A DNA stretch of 64,000 nt from Piromyces finnis finn (GCA_002104945.1 MCFH01000011.1:1011364-1075363); one strand, 5' to 3'; shown: positions 35,361 to 47,592, counted from the stretch's first letter. The notes: a model not told the origin generated them from the letters alone. A program made the numbers and translations.

Positions 35361-38251
35361 TAATACGAGTCCATAATTCTTCTAGTAGTTTTATCTGAAC
35401 CTTCATGTCCTATGTTGTGTGCTCTGTTTATAATATCTTTTTTATCATTCTCATTCTGGATAACTTTTAAAAACTTATCGCCTTTTACAAAATATAATGT
35501 ATTGTCTAAAACTTTATAATTTTTATTAAAATATTTAATTATACCTTCTGGGATATCTAAATCTTTTGGATTAATGTCATTTAAGATAGCGTTGATACTA
35601 TTTATAATACCTTCATTTCCTTTTGATGGTAGTCTTGATAAGGCATCTGCAAATACATTTCTTTTTCCTTTTTCGTATTTTATTGAAATATTATATTTAT
35701 TTATTTCTTCTATCCATCTTGCAATTCTTCCTTTAGTTGGTACATTTTTGTTGAAGAATCCAATTAATGGTTTGTGGTCAGTGATGAAAATGGTTTCATT
35801 TTTATTACTAATAATATATGGACTAAACTTTTTTAAACAGTAAATTAAAGCTAAACCTTCTAATTCTGTTACTGAATAATTTTCTTCACATGGCTTTAAA
35901 GACCTGCTTACACAATAAATTGGATGTTCCAATTCGTCTTCCTCCATTTGCAAAAGAACACCCCCGATACCTTTAGTTGAAGCGTCTGTTCTGACTATAA
36001 AATGTTTATTGAAATCTGGATAAATTAAAATAGGATCCACTAATAGGCAGTGTCTTAAATCTTCAGATGCGTTGTTACATTCTTCTGTCCATATGTAATC
36101 TACATCTTTCTTGAGAAGTTTAAATAGAGGACTGGCTCTTATTGAAAAGTTTTTAATGAATTTTCTATAGTAGCTAGCAATACCTAAGAAGGATCTAAGT
36201 TCTGAGATGTTTCTTGGTTTTTCCCATAGGGCAATACTTTGAACTTTGGATGGCGATGTTTTCAAACCTTCTGAAGTTAATACATGACCTAATACCTCTA
36301 CTTTATCTTTAAAAAAATGACACTTTTGAAGGTTAATAGATAAATTATATGTAGAAAATATTTCAAATACCTGTTTTAAATGACATATGTGTTCTTTTAG
36401 ATTTTTGGAATATATTACTATATCATCAATATAAACAAATAAACATTTGCCAATTAGGGGCAAAAGTATTCTGTTCATTTCTCTTTGGAATGATGCCGGT
36501 GCATTGGTTAAACCAAAGGGCATCACTAAGAAATTATAATTCCCAAATTTTGTTGTAAAGGCTGTTTTTTCGATATCTTTCTTATTCATAGGTATCTGGT
36601 GATACCCTGAAAATAGATCTAATGCAGAGAATATTTTCGCACCTTTTACTGAAGAGACAAGTTCATCTATAAATGGGAGTGCATAGGAATCTTTTATGGT
36701 AATGTTGTTTAGTTTCCTGTAATCTATGCACATTCTCCATTTTCCATTCTTTTTCTTAACTAGTAGAACTGGAAATGACCATGGCGAGTGCGATGGCTCA
36801 ATCAATCCTTTGTCTAATAAAGATATTATTTCCTTTTTTAATATATCTGAATGATCTTTCGAAAGTTTGTATGGCTTTAATTTTATAGGTTTGTTCGAAG
36901 TGGTGGTAATAGTATGTGGTTCCAATTTTGCGGTTGTTAATTGTGATAATGAAGTAGCCATACACTTTTGATTGTTTATGATAAGTTCTTTGAATTCTTT
37001 CCGTACTGGGTTAGGTACATTTTCAATTATTTCTTCTATGGTTTGTTGAAATTCTTTTTCTTCTTCTTTCGTTACTATAACCGAGTTTAATAGTGGTGTA
37101 TTTTGTCTATTATTTATTATATTTGTTATCTTTATTAAACCTTCTTCGCTCTTTTTATAGATTGCATCATCATCAGGGTCTATTAATAATCTATATTTCT
37201 TTTGAATTGTTCTTCCAATGATTATTTCATAAAAGGTATTATAATAATCAATAATATAAAAATTCTCTTTAATATTTAAATTATTATCTATACTTATTTT
37301 TAATGGTATATATTTATTCGTAAAGATTATAGTTCCATCCGCTAGTTTTATTGTTAATTCTTCTTCTGTACTACAGATGTTTATATTTTTAATTTTACTT
37401 AATCCTTCTTTTGTAATAATGTTTACATTAGCACCAGTGTCAAATAATATTTTAAATGGTACGTTATTGATTTCCCCTATAATTATTGGAATATTAGTGT
37501 TGGTGATATTGCAAATAATTCTTTCTACTCTTGGTTTTAGTCCTATTTCTAATTCTTTTCTAATTGCTGGGCTGGCTGCTAATAATTGTGATAAACTTAT
37601 TTTTGGAAATAAGTTATCAGCTTCCTTTAATATATTGAACTTTTGATCTTTATTAAGCATTTGGATTTCCGTCATATTCCTCTTAGTTATCATTTTTTTA
37701 CTATTATTTTCCATATTATTTGATGTTTCCTTAATAGTTTCTTTTTGTTTAATAGTTTTTGAAGTTTCTTCTATTGTATTAATCTTTGTATTTCCATTAC
37801 TTTCATTATTTTCCTCGTTTCTGTTAATGTTTTCTTTATTGCCTCCATTATTTTTATTATTTTCCTCAGTTATTTTATTTTCATTAGTTTTGTTAGTCTT
37901 ATTATTTTTGTTATCATTTTCTTCTCTGCTTTCTTCATCATAGCTTATTTCATTTTGGTTATCATTATTGTATTCATTATTTTCACTTTCTTCTTCTGAG
38001 TCGATATCCATTATTCTTCTTCTTCTATCTCTAATTTCTTTCTTCTTTTGCTTTAATATATTAATTTTGGGTTGGTTCAAAATGGAAGGTTTTATTATTG
38101 ATTTATTAGTATTACTTATTTTATTTTTATCTAATAGTTTTGTAGATGTGTTTTTATTTTTGTGAAGCACATTTATTGTATTTAGATTTTGATTTGGACA
38201 TGCAATTTTGTTTATATAGGGAGATTGCATACTCCCATCAATTAGTTTAAA
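35222..38251 (-). CDS. pol: Element E Pol (PR, RT, RNase H, IN zinc finger), entered by -1 frameshift
   Basis: FDTGA, YIDD, TDAS, HNIGH...CRKC. The -1 frame is open through the slippery site at 38245-38251. Confidence 0.93.
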   Translation of the reverse strand, partial: FKLIDGSMQSPYINKIACPNQNLNTINVLHKNKNTSTKLLDKNKISNTNKSIIKPSILNQPKINILKQKKKEIRDRRRRIMDIDSEEESENNEYNNDNQNEISYDEESREENDNKNNKTNKTNENKITEENNKNNGGNKENINRNEENNESNGNTKINTIEETSKTIKQKETIKETSNNMENNSKKMITKRNMTEIQMLNKDQKFNILKEADNLFPKISLSQLLAASPAIRKELEIGLKPRVERIICNITNTNIPIIIGEINNVPFKILFDTGANVNIITKEGLSKIKNINICSTEEELTIKLADGTIIFTNKYIPLKISIDNNLNIKENFYIIDYYNTFYEIIIGRTIQKKYRLLIDPDDDAIYKKSEEGLIKITNIINNRQNTPLLNSVIVTKEEEKEFQQTIEEIIENVPNPVRKEFKELIINNQKCMATSLSQLTTAKLEPHTITTTSNKPIKLKPYKLSKDHSDILKKEIISLLDKGLIEPSHSPWSFPVLLVKKKNGKWRMCIDYRKLNNITIKDSYALPFIDELVSSVKGAKIFSALDLFSGYHQIPMNKKDIEKTAFTTKFGNYNFLVMPFGLTNAPASFQREMNRILLPLIGKCLFVYIDDIVIYSKNLKEHICHLKQVFEIFSTYNLSINLQKCHFFKDKVEVLGHVLTSEGLKTSPSKVQSIALWEKPRNISELRSFLGIASYYRKFIKNFSIRASPLFKLLKKDVDYIWTEECNNASEDLRHCLLVDPILIYPDFNKHFIVRTDASTKGIGGVLLQMEEDELEHPIYCVSRSLKPCEENYSVTELEGLALIYCLKKFSPYIISNKNETIFITDHKPLIGFFNKNVPTKGRIARWIEEINKYNISIKYEKGKRNVFADALSRLPSKGNEGIINSINAILNDINPKDLDIPEGIIKYFNKNYKVLDNTLYFVKGDKFLKVIQNENDKKDIINRAHNIGHEGSDKTTRRIMDSYYWPGIWNDVKMWIKSCRKCQLFRPKPQPKYTEDISHQWKNHLQKSD

Positions 38252-39390
38252 TAATTTTCTTCATCATAACTTTCAGGACATTCGAAGTCTTGATGACCGA
38301 TACGTAAGCAATTTGCACAGAAGTTTATCTTAAGTTCTGACAATTTTTGCGTTAACTTTTGAATTTCATCATTGTTGTCAGTATTATTTTTAAATATATT
38401 TCTTCTTTCTTCCAATCTGTTATTAAACTGGTTTCTATTATAATAGTTACTTCTTTGTTCATTATTAATTATCTTATTATTATAATTATTATTTAAATTA
38501 TCATTGTTGTTGTTATTCTGATAATAATTATTATAACCGTTTTTATTGTTAGGGTAATCATAATTTGGTGCATTATTATAAATTCTGTAATTTGGATTAT
38601 TATTTGAATTATTGAAGTTAGAGGCATATCTGTTACTATTATTATAATTTCTATATGTATTGTAATTATTATTGTGCATCTTCTTAATTTTATCATTGTT
38701 TCCACTTGTATTTGGTAATAGATAAGATGTACTAACTTTATTCTTTGTGTTGTACATAATTTCACTATGATCTGTATTTTCTTGAAATTTATTAAACTTA
38801 TTTAATTTATTGTATTTTTCTTTGTTTATTCCAGAGGGTATTGCCTTTCCTTTATTTTCTTTCATTAGGTTCATTATCTTTTCTTTCTTCGAAGTTATTT
38901 TCATGGCGTCTTCCAAGGTTATTGGTTCTTCTTCCATAAGATTTTCATATATCTTTTCCCAGTTTCTGAAAGCATTAATATAATAAGACGTTATAATTAA
39001 TTCTGATAATGTGACATTTTTATTTATTTGATTTAATAATTCTGTGAATCTTAAATCAAATTCAGAGATACTTTCATCTTTTTTTATTGTAATAGAAGAG
39101 AGTTCTAAGATTTTTGAATTCTTGGAGGATGTTTTCTTATAATGTTTACTGAGATTCTTTAAAATTGTTTCATAGTTATCTGGACTGCTTTTATTTAAAG
39201 AATTATATACAATTGTTCTGGCCACATTCGCAGTTATTGCTAATAAATAATCAATTTTTTCCGCTTCTTCAATAATCTTGAATGTAGAACACCAATGGTC
39301 AAAAGAGAATTTCCATGAGTCAAAAGATATATTTGATTCGCCTAATATAGGTAATCTATTAAAAGTAATAATTTTTGTCTGGTTGTCCAT
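38242..39390 (-). CDS. gag: Element E Gag, 382 aa
   Basis: CANCLRIGHQDFEC knuckle and an Asn-rich C-terminal half, downstream of the PBS. Confidence 0.9.
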   Translation of the reverse strand: MDNQTKIITFNRLPILGESNISFDSWKFSFDHWCSTFKIIEEAEKIDYLLAITANVARTIVYNSLNKSSPDNYETILKNLSKHYKKTSSKNSKILELSSITIKKDESISEFDLRFTELLNQINKNVTLSELIITSYYINAFRNWEKIYENLMEEEPITLEDAMKITSKKEKIMNLMKENKGKAIPSGINKEKYNKLNKFNKFQENTDHSEIMYNTKNKVSTSYLLPNTSGNNDKIKKMHNNNYNTYRNYNNSNRYASNFNNSNNNPNYRIYNNAPNYDYPNNKNGYNNYYQNNNNNDNLNNNYNNKIINNEQRSNYYNRNQFNNRLEERRNIFKNNTDNNDEIQKLTQKLSELKINFCANCLRIGHQDFECPESYDEENYLN

Positions 39391-39631
39391 TTTCTGTACT
39401 ATTAGTATATATTATGTTATTTCTTATATATTTTATATTTTATATTTTAAATAATTTCCTATTTTATTAATTATTATTATTATTTTTTTTATTAATTAAT
39501 TATTGTTGATATTTTTGATAATAATTATTGTCTATACTATTATTAAATGATAAGTTTTTATAATTTATTATTATTGTCTTAGAATATAATCGTCAAATAT
39601 TTATATTTTCAATATTATTACTAATTATTAA

Positions 39632-39690
<59 letters not shown>

Positions 39691-40296
39691 TTATTTATCC
39701 TTTTATATTTATTATTATTATTATTATTCAATATTTAGTAACTGTTTGTGATATGTTATTTATTAGTGTCTTAACTATTTTATTTATAATTATATAATTT
39801 CAGTTTATATATATATATTTTATATTTTCTATTATTTTAATATATCTTGCATAATATAATTTATTTTATTGTTAATTTTTTTTAATTTAATTATTATATC
39901 AAATCACGTAACAATTTATATATTTAAAATATTATTTATTATTATTTGTATATTTTATATTTCAATTGTTCAATTAATGTATACAAATCACTTATATAAA
40001 TGTATTTATATAATTCCATATATTTTATTATAATTGTTATTAAATATTATTATTCACTATTAATATATATTTTATTCAATAACATATTTCTTTTTATTTC
40101 TTTTACTATTAATTATTTTTTTTATCACATATATATTTTATTATTTTAACGTGTAATTATTGAATTTTTATGTTAAATTTATTTATTAATTATATAATTT
40201 AATTTATTTTTCAATTTTTAATTTTATGTTGCATTTTTATATATATATATAAATTTATAAAGTAAATATTAATACTTAGCTTCACCGGCCTTTTGA

Positions 40297-40309
40297 GGAT
40301 TCTCCACCA
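40297..40309 (-). promoter_or_regulatory. Primer-binding site, probably tRNA-Ala
   Basis: TGGTGGAGAATCC 4 nt inside the 5' LTR. Confidence 0.85.
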
Positions 40310-40862
40310 AATTTGATAAGCGTTTAATATTATCTTAATTTATAATTGATTAATTATAAAAGTGATAATATTCTTATCAATTAATTAATAAGAGAAAAGT
40401 GTTTAAAATTAATTTTTATTATAGAATTATTTGAGATATTCTAATTAAACATAACAATTATTAACAAAAATATAAAAGTTATGTTTTAAAACACAATTTT
40501 AAAATATATTTTTGAATCAACTTTTTATTTAATAAATTTATTAAAAGTATTGATTGATTTTCTTTAAATTAGGAAATAATTACATGTATTTATAATTTTC
40601 TTTCTATTTTAACTTTTTAAAATAAAATATTAATATGTTTTAAAATAATAATGAACAATAAATAAAAATAAACAATTTATTTTAAAGTAATTAGTTTAAT
40701 TAATATAACACTATTTAGCTATTTAAAATATTATTTATATTATATTTATTTTATAATAAAATATAATTTAAACTGAGTTTTAATATATAATTTTATACTT
40801 TTAATTAAATATTTAAATATTATTATGATTTATTATTTATTTTAAGTTGTTTTGAGGATTAG

Positions 40863-42017
40863 TGTAAAAGTTTTACTAAACTTATAATTTAATATTAAAA
40901 TATCAAATTAAATAAAAGGTTAAAAGATAACTAGGTTAGAAAAAAAATGTTTTATTAAAATAATCTTAATTGATTTATAAATGAATAATTAAATTATATA
41001 TTATGGTTAAAATAATTTCTTTTATTTTATTTAATAATATATTGCTAAAATATAATAATAAGATTATTTAGTAGTAATACTCATTAAGTATTAATTATTA
41101 TTAATAGTTAATAATTTCTAGTTAATAATCTATAGCTAATAATTCATAGTTAATAATTTATAGTTAATAATTTATAGTTAATAATTTAATAATTTATGGT
41201 TAATAATTTTTGGTTAATAATCTTTACAAAGATTTTAATTTCATAAACTATTCTAAACTATTTATACTATTTGTAATTTTACATTTAATAATAAAATAAC
41301 TTTTCAATACATGATTATATTCGTAATATATTTTATAATACTTAAACTAAACTTAAGACTTATTCCTAATTATTAAAAAATAACTATTGTTTATAATATT
41401 CATAATATTAATTATTTCTTAATTATAATATAATTCATTGAATATAATATTAATAATTATAATCCTCTAGTTCAAAGATTATAAATTATGTTATTGAAAT
41501 AATTATTATAAAATAAAGTTAATTAGTTCCGGAAAATAATTTTGATTTAATTAAACAATAATTTTTATACTTTGAGTGAATGATTTATGTTTGATATATC
41601 AGGGGTGATCATTCTCTGAATAAACAATTAATCATTGCTAACAAAATATCTTTAAATTGGAATATCTCGTGAACCAGCAGAGATATTGACCTGATTTTAA
41701 GATATGTTGTTTGTCTCGAGCGTGGCTTTCTAACGAACTTAATTATAACCAAAACATTTTTATTCAAAAATCGTCATTCGTTGAGGAGATACGCGTGTTT
41801 TTTCTTATTCCATTTTAACGATAAGGGTTAAAGTTATTTATTATAAAAATTATTAAGGGTTAAGGTCATATTTTAACCTTTCCTAAATTTTTAAATATTT
41901 CTTAATAAAATTTTATAATTTATTTGAAAATAAAATATTTGTTGATTTTGAATTTTCATAAGTGATTTCACAATTCCAAGTGATCTTGAAATTGTAATTT
42001 CACTAGTATTCGTGACA
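40863..42017 (-). mobile_element. Solo LTR family A inserted in the 5' LTR of E
   Basis: TSD ATTAG. Removing it restores a 597-bp E LTR. Confidence 0.95.
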
Positions 42018-42073
42018 ATTAGTTTATATTAATATTATAATTTCATATTTATTAATTTCAATTTATATCACAA

Positions 42074-43173
42074 TGATGCGTTGACCGATATATTTTTGAA
42101 TAATATAATATTTTTAATAAATAATAAATTCTAATATTTATGATGAAACAATAAATTTAAAATAAAATAAAATATGTTTTATAATTAACAAATAAATCAC
42201 TCAAAAACTCGAAAATAAACTCTTTTTATTATGTTTAAATTATCTCTTTATTATATTTATAATTTATTTATTGTCTATTTATTGTCCGCCCCTTATAAAG
42301 AAGAATTTTATCTTCCTTTTATACATTTTCATTTATTACATGTATTATTATTTTTAACTATTAAATGTTATTATTACTATTGTTATTATTTATTAAAATT
42401 AAAAGAATAAATTAAAATTATGTCTTAGTATTATAAAATATTATAGAATATTACTTATTTGATTTTCTTATTACTTCAAAATGTTTAAAATTAGAAAAAC
42501 TATTATAAATTATCATTAACTATCATTAAATGTATAATACCTTGAATAAAATAATTAAAATTTAAAATTAAAATAATATTAAATTAAAATAAAAATTAAA
42601 ATAAAAATTGAAATAAAATTAATAAAATCAAATATTAAAAGTATCAATTAATATAAACACATTTTATACAGAAACATAAAAGAGTTCTGTATTTTATCTT
42701 TAAAATTGTTATTATTGTTCTATTTCCAGGCTTTAAATTAATCACTTTTAGTAATAATTACTCAGTTATTTATTTGTTAATTTATATATATAAGTTTGAA
42801 AGAATTTCTAAAGAACACTTGGATAAAACACTAGAATTAATAATTTAATGTATATCATTTTATTTTTTTAGTTTATTTATTCATTTTTATTTACTTATTA
42901 TTATTTTATTATTTTAATACATTTTTGGATTGAGTCGTTTTATTTTATTTAATAATTTATTTTATTATTATCTCTATTAAGTCGTTTTTATTCATAATTT
43001 ATTATTTAATAAAGAGAATATTATTTATTTAAAAGAAAGGGTTATATTTCCATAAAATTATTATTTATTCATTTTTAAGGGTTATTATCTTTTATTTTTA
43101 TTATAAGTCGCTATGGGTTAATTCGTGTTTATTCGGCTAGTTTTTATTACGTTTTTATGTGAGTAGCGTATCA
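42074..43173 (-). mobile_element. Solo LTR family C (long variant)
   Basis: TGATGCG...CGTATCA with TSD ACAA. Ends 17 bp upstream of tRNA-Cys. Confidence 0.9.
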
Positions 43174-43190
43174 ACAAAAGTAACGTAAAA

Positions 43191-43262
43191 GGGGTGTTAG
43201 CTCAGCGGTAGAGCAATTGACTGCAGATCAATAGGTCTTCGGTTCAAATCCGGAACGCCCCT
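43191..43262 (+). tRNA. tRNA-Cys(GCA)
   Basis: Cloverleaf with acceptor GGGGTGT/ACGCCCC, anticodon arm ATTGA-CTGCAGA-TCAAT, T-loop TTCAAAT and U73. Confidence 0.96.
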
Positions 43263-44229
43263 TTGTTTATTTTAATTATTATTTTAAAATAAATATTAAC
43301 AAAATTTTAAAAGTAACTATGAAAACTCAATATTATATACATAAATCAAATTGTAGAAGGTTTATTATATTTTCTATAAGAGAAATAGATTTACTATGTT
43401 ATTTTACATAAAAAGTATTACAATAATAAATAAATAATAACCACTCATATAAGCTAATATTGTAAATAATGTTTTTTATTAAAATTTATAAATATATTAG
43501 TAATTAAATAATGAATAAAACTAGTTATATATAATAATAAGTGTTTGTTCGCCTTATTTCTCTTATTACTATAAACTATTTTTGACTATTTTAAATATAA
43601 TAATTCTTTATTATTAATTTTTTATTATATTTATTATATTATTTTACTTTAATACTAACACTAAAATATTAGTGTTTGTTTACCTATGCTTTCACTTATA
43701 ATATCATTAATCTGTATAAATTATTATTGATTATTATTTTATAATATTATTTACTATAATAATACATGTCCATTATTTAAATATAAAATTAAATATTATA
43801 TCATATTATAAATTAAACATAAATTCATGGAAATTTTTTTTTGAGTAAAACTTATTAATTCAATATTAAATATTAAATTATAATTAAAAGACAAGTAAAA
43901 ATTAAACTAAGTCAAGAAAATGTTTTATTAGAAATTTTATTAACAAATAAAAAAAATAATTCTTAAATTATATAATATAATATTATATAACTTAATAATA
44001 AAATTTGATAATAATCTTAAATTCATAAAATTAATTCTTTGTAAAGATTATTATTAACTAAACCATTTATATTCTTTGTAAAATTTAATAATAAACTAAG
44101 TTTCAGTGAGCGTCGAGGCTGAAGATTCAGTATGACAAACCAGAAGGGTCAAAACCACCTAGCAATAGGAAAGAGCCAACGTTTCTCTAAGAACCACCAT
44201 TTGGGGCCTACTCTGATTGATGGAGGAAA

Positions 44230-44934
44230 TGTAATTTTCAATACATGATTTATATTCATAATATACTTAATAATATTAAACTAAACATAAGAATAACAAT
44301 AATATATATATTTATTAACTAAATATCAATAATATTAATACTAATTATTATATAATTATTATATAAATAATTATATGTAGGTAAAATAACATAATCCTTT
44401 AATTCAAAGATTATGAAATATTTATTGAAGTATTAAAAATAAAGTTATTATCTTCGAATTATTATAATTTAATTTATTTTATTTTAATTTTACAGAATGA
44501 TTTATGATTGATAATTAGGGGTGGGGTGATCATTTTCTGAATTATCAATAATCATTTGTATTTAAAAATCTTTAAATGTTGATATCTTGCGAACCAGCAA
44601 AGATATTATGCTCGTATTAACATATGTTGTTGTTCTTGAGCATGGCTATCTAATGAATGTTGTTTCATCAAACATTATTATTCAAAAACCGTAATTCGTT
44701 ACCGAGATACGATTGTTTTTCGTTATTGAATTATGACCTTAAGGGTTAAAAGTGTTTATAATAATTTTTGAAAGGGTTAAAGTCATGTTACTTAGAATTT
44801 TTAATATCTATAATATAATATCTATAATATTATTTTATATCTTTTAAAATTTGATAATAATTAATTTTTTACTATTTTAAACGTAATTTCACAATTTCAA
44901 GATCACTTGAAATTGCAAATTCCACTAGTATCCT
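44230..44934 (-). repeat. Diverged, truncated A-like LTR
   Basis: Collinear similarity to family A U3. Both termini are lost. Confidence 0.75.
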
Positions 44935-45314
44935 TGATATAACGAAGAAGAAGTATTTTGAAAAGTTATGTTATAACAACCAATTCGTTATCAAAAATGA
45001 TACTTTAACTGATATATTTTTGAATAATATAATATTTTTAATAAATAATAAATTCTAATATTTATGATGAAACAATAAATTTAAAATAAAATAGAATATG
45101 TTTTATAATTAACAAATAAATCTCTTTAAAACTCAAAATAAACTCTTTAATTATGTTTTAGATTATCTTTTTATTATATTTTTATTATTTATTTAAATAA
45201 TAAAAATTATTTAATTTATAGGTGTTAACTTTTACACCTAAATGGTTTAGTTCTATTTTTAGTAACAGTCATTATCATTAATTAAATTAATATAATTAAA
45301 ATTCCTATTGATAA

Positions 45315-46049
45315 ATTATTCTAAACTATTTATACTATTTGTAATTTTACATTTAATAATAAAATAACTTTTAATACATGATTCTTAAGACTTAATCTTA
45401 ATTATTAAGTTTAAGTATTGTTAATAATATTTATAATATTACTTATTATTTAATTCTAATATAATTCATTGAATATAATATTAATAATTATAATCTTTTA
45501 ATTCAAAGATTTTAAGTTATGTTATTGAAATAATTATTATAAAATAAAGTTAATTAATTCCGGAAAATAATTTTAATTTAATTAAAACAATAATTTATAT
45601 CCTTTTGGGTGAATGATTTATGTTCAATACATCAGAGGTGATCATTCTCTGAATAAACAATTAATCATTACTAACAAAATATCTTTAAATTGGAATATCT
45701 TGTGAACCAGCAGAGATATTGACCTGATTTTAATATATGTTGCTCATCTCGAGTGTGGCTTTCTAACGAGACCATAATTTCCCAAAACACAATTATCCTA
45801 AATCGCCATTCGTTAAGGAGATACGCGTGTTTTTCCTTATTTAATTTTGACGATAAGGGTTAAAGTTATTTGTTATAAAATTATTAAGGGTTAAGGTCAT
45901 ATCTCAACCTTTTATAAATTTTTTAAATATTTCTTAATATAATTTTATAATTTATTTGAAAATAAAATATTATTGATTTTGAAATTTTATAAGTAATTTC
46001 ACAATTTCAAGTGATCTTGAAATTGTAGATTTCACTAGTATTTGTGACA
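45315..46049 (-). mobile_element. Partial LTR family A (U3 end intact)
   Basis: Ends GTGACA, followed by TCGTG. The other end is fused to a family B fragment (about 45200-45312). Confidence 0.85.
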
Positions 46050-46054
46050 TCGTG

Positions 46055-46867
46055 TGTTAAGTTTTGGGATTCGGTTATGCGACCAGGTCAGAATGTTATT
46101 AATTATATAGTAAATATGTTTTTTAAGAAATTAAATTTAAATATAAAATAACACTTTAAACTTCCAAATGAAAAATTAATATTTATTTTTTAGAATAACC
46201 TTTTATAAAATTTTATTTATTTAGTAATAATAATATAAATGATAATATATTTAATAACTATATAATTAAGATTATAACTATAATCTTTACAAAGAAAATC
46301 GAATTCAAATCATTCTATTTTATATTCTTTGTTCAGATTATTTAATTGATAAAAATAAAGTATTACATGTAATATATTAATAACATAATAAGATTGTTTG
46401 TTTGTTTGTTTGTTTTGTCATGACATAAAAATAAAATTAACATATGATTAATCATTTAAACACTTGATCCATACTTGATATCATATTAATTTTAATTTAC
46501 TTATTAAAATCTTCAAATGACCATATCTTTCTTAAATGACCAGTTAGAAGGACCGCGATTGTACCAAAATATAGCTTTTTCCTTAAGCTTTCTAATAAAC
46601 CTAGTTTCATAGCCGTAGTACTTACAGCTGTAGCGCTCGTTTTTGGCGAGCTATGCCTTGTTTCGTGCTTGTTTATTTTTGGTTAAGGGTTATAGTGTAT
46701 TGATATTAAATTTTTGAAATCATAACCCTTTCACTGAATCAAAATTTAAAAGGTGACTTTTAAAGGTGTTTTAAAATAATTATTGAAATTATTTAATTAT
46801 AATTATTATGCTTAATTAATTATAGATATCATCTAAATTTGTTTTAAATCCAGTTAATATCTTCACA
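46055..46867 (-). mobile_element. Solo LTR family B (internal deletion)
   Basis: TSD TCGTG. Inserted in the terminal part of an LTR C (remnant at 46868-46913). Confidence 0.9.
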
Positions 46868-46920
46868 TCGTGTTTATTCAGTTAGTTTTTATTATATTTT
46901 TATATGAGTATCATGTTGAA

Positions 46921-47495
46921 TGATACGTTATAAAATAAAATATCATAATATTATTATTTATTTTGAGGTTGTGGTAATAAGGAATATTGCTGAAATAATA
47001 TATTCCAGTTATTAATAATTATGTGATATAGTTATTATGTATTTATTTACTTATTTATTATTATTTATTATTATTATTATTATAAACAAAATAAGCCTTT
47101 TATTATTATTAAATATTTATCTTTATTAAAATATATTATAATTAGTATTTTTACATTTATTTATTATTAATAATACATATTTAAAATAACTATATTTCCT
47201 ATATAAATATACTACTTATTCACTATTAATATTACTAAACTATTACTAAATTTCTCATTTTATTATATCTTATTATCTTTGGAACTTAATTACAAAATCA
47301 AGAACATCATTTTAATTATTTAATCATTAATTATATTTATATTAGTACATATTAAATATTTTTTTTTTAATTAATTTCATATTAATTAATTTCATTATTT
47401 ATTAAAGTTATTATTAATTTATTATTATCTTAACCCTTATATGAATTAACCTGGAATTTTTACCAAAAGTAGTATTTTCTGTTCGTCACGTATCA
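46921..47495 (-). mobile_element. Solo LTR family K
   Basis: TGATACG...CGTATCA with 4-bp TSD TGAA. Ends 15 bp upstream of tRNA-Ser. Confidence 0.85.
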
Positions 47496-47510
47496 TGAAA
47501 AATTAATAAA

Positions 47511-47592
47511 GTCAGTTTGTCCGAGTGGTTAAGGAGTCAGACTTGAAATCTGATGGGCTCTGCCCGCGCAGGTTCAAACCCTGCAGCTGACG
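47511..47592 (+). tRNA. tRNA-Ser(UGA)
   Basis: Acceptor GTCAGTT/AGCTGAC, anticodon arm TCAGA-CTTGAAA-TCTGA, long variable arm GGGC-TCT-GCCC, G73, then a TTTT terminator. Confidence 0.95.

Larger units (their letters stand above)
33758..42070 (-). mobile_element. Ty3/gypsy element E, full length; 5' LTR split by solo LTR A
   Basis: 597-bp LTRs (33758-34354; 40314-40862 + 42023-42070), PBS, PPT AAAGAAGGGAGAAA. The 4-bp TSD CAAA is reconstructed after removing LTR C. Confidence 0.93.
43174..45195 (+). repeat. About 2-kb segment duplicated in inverted orientation at about 57885-59900
   Basis: Near-identical reverse-complement match including the tRNA-Cys, the GC-rich island, the diverged A-like LTR and part of LTR C. 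Confidence 0.9.

Noticed and set aside
47511-47592. Possible selenocysteine or suppressor tRNA
   Set aside because: The anticodon is UGA, which reads UCA (Ser). A Sec or opal suppressor would have anticodon UCA. The structure is an ordinary tRNA-Ser.
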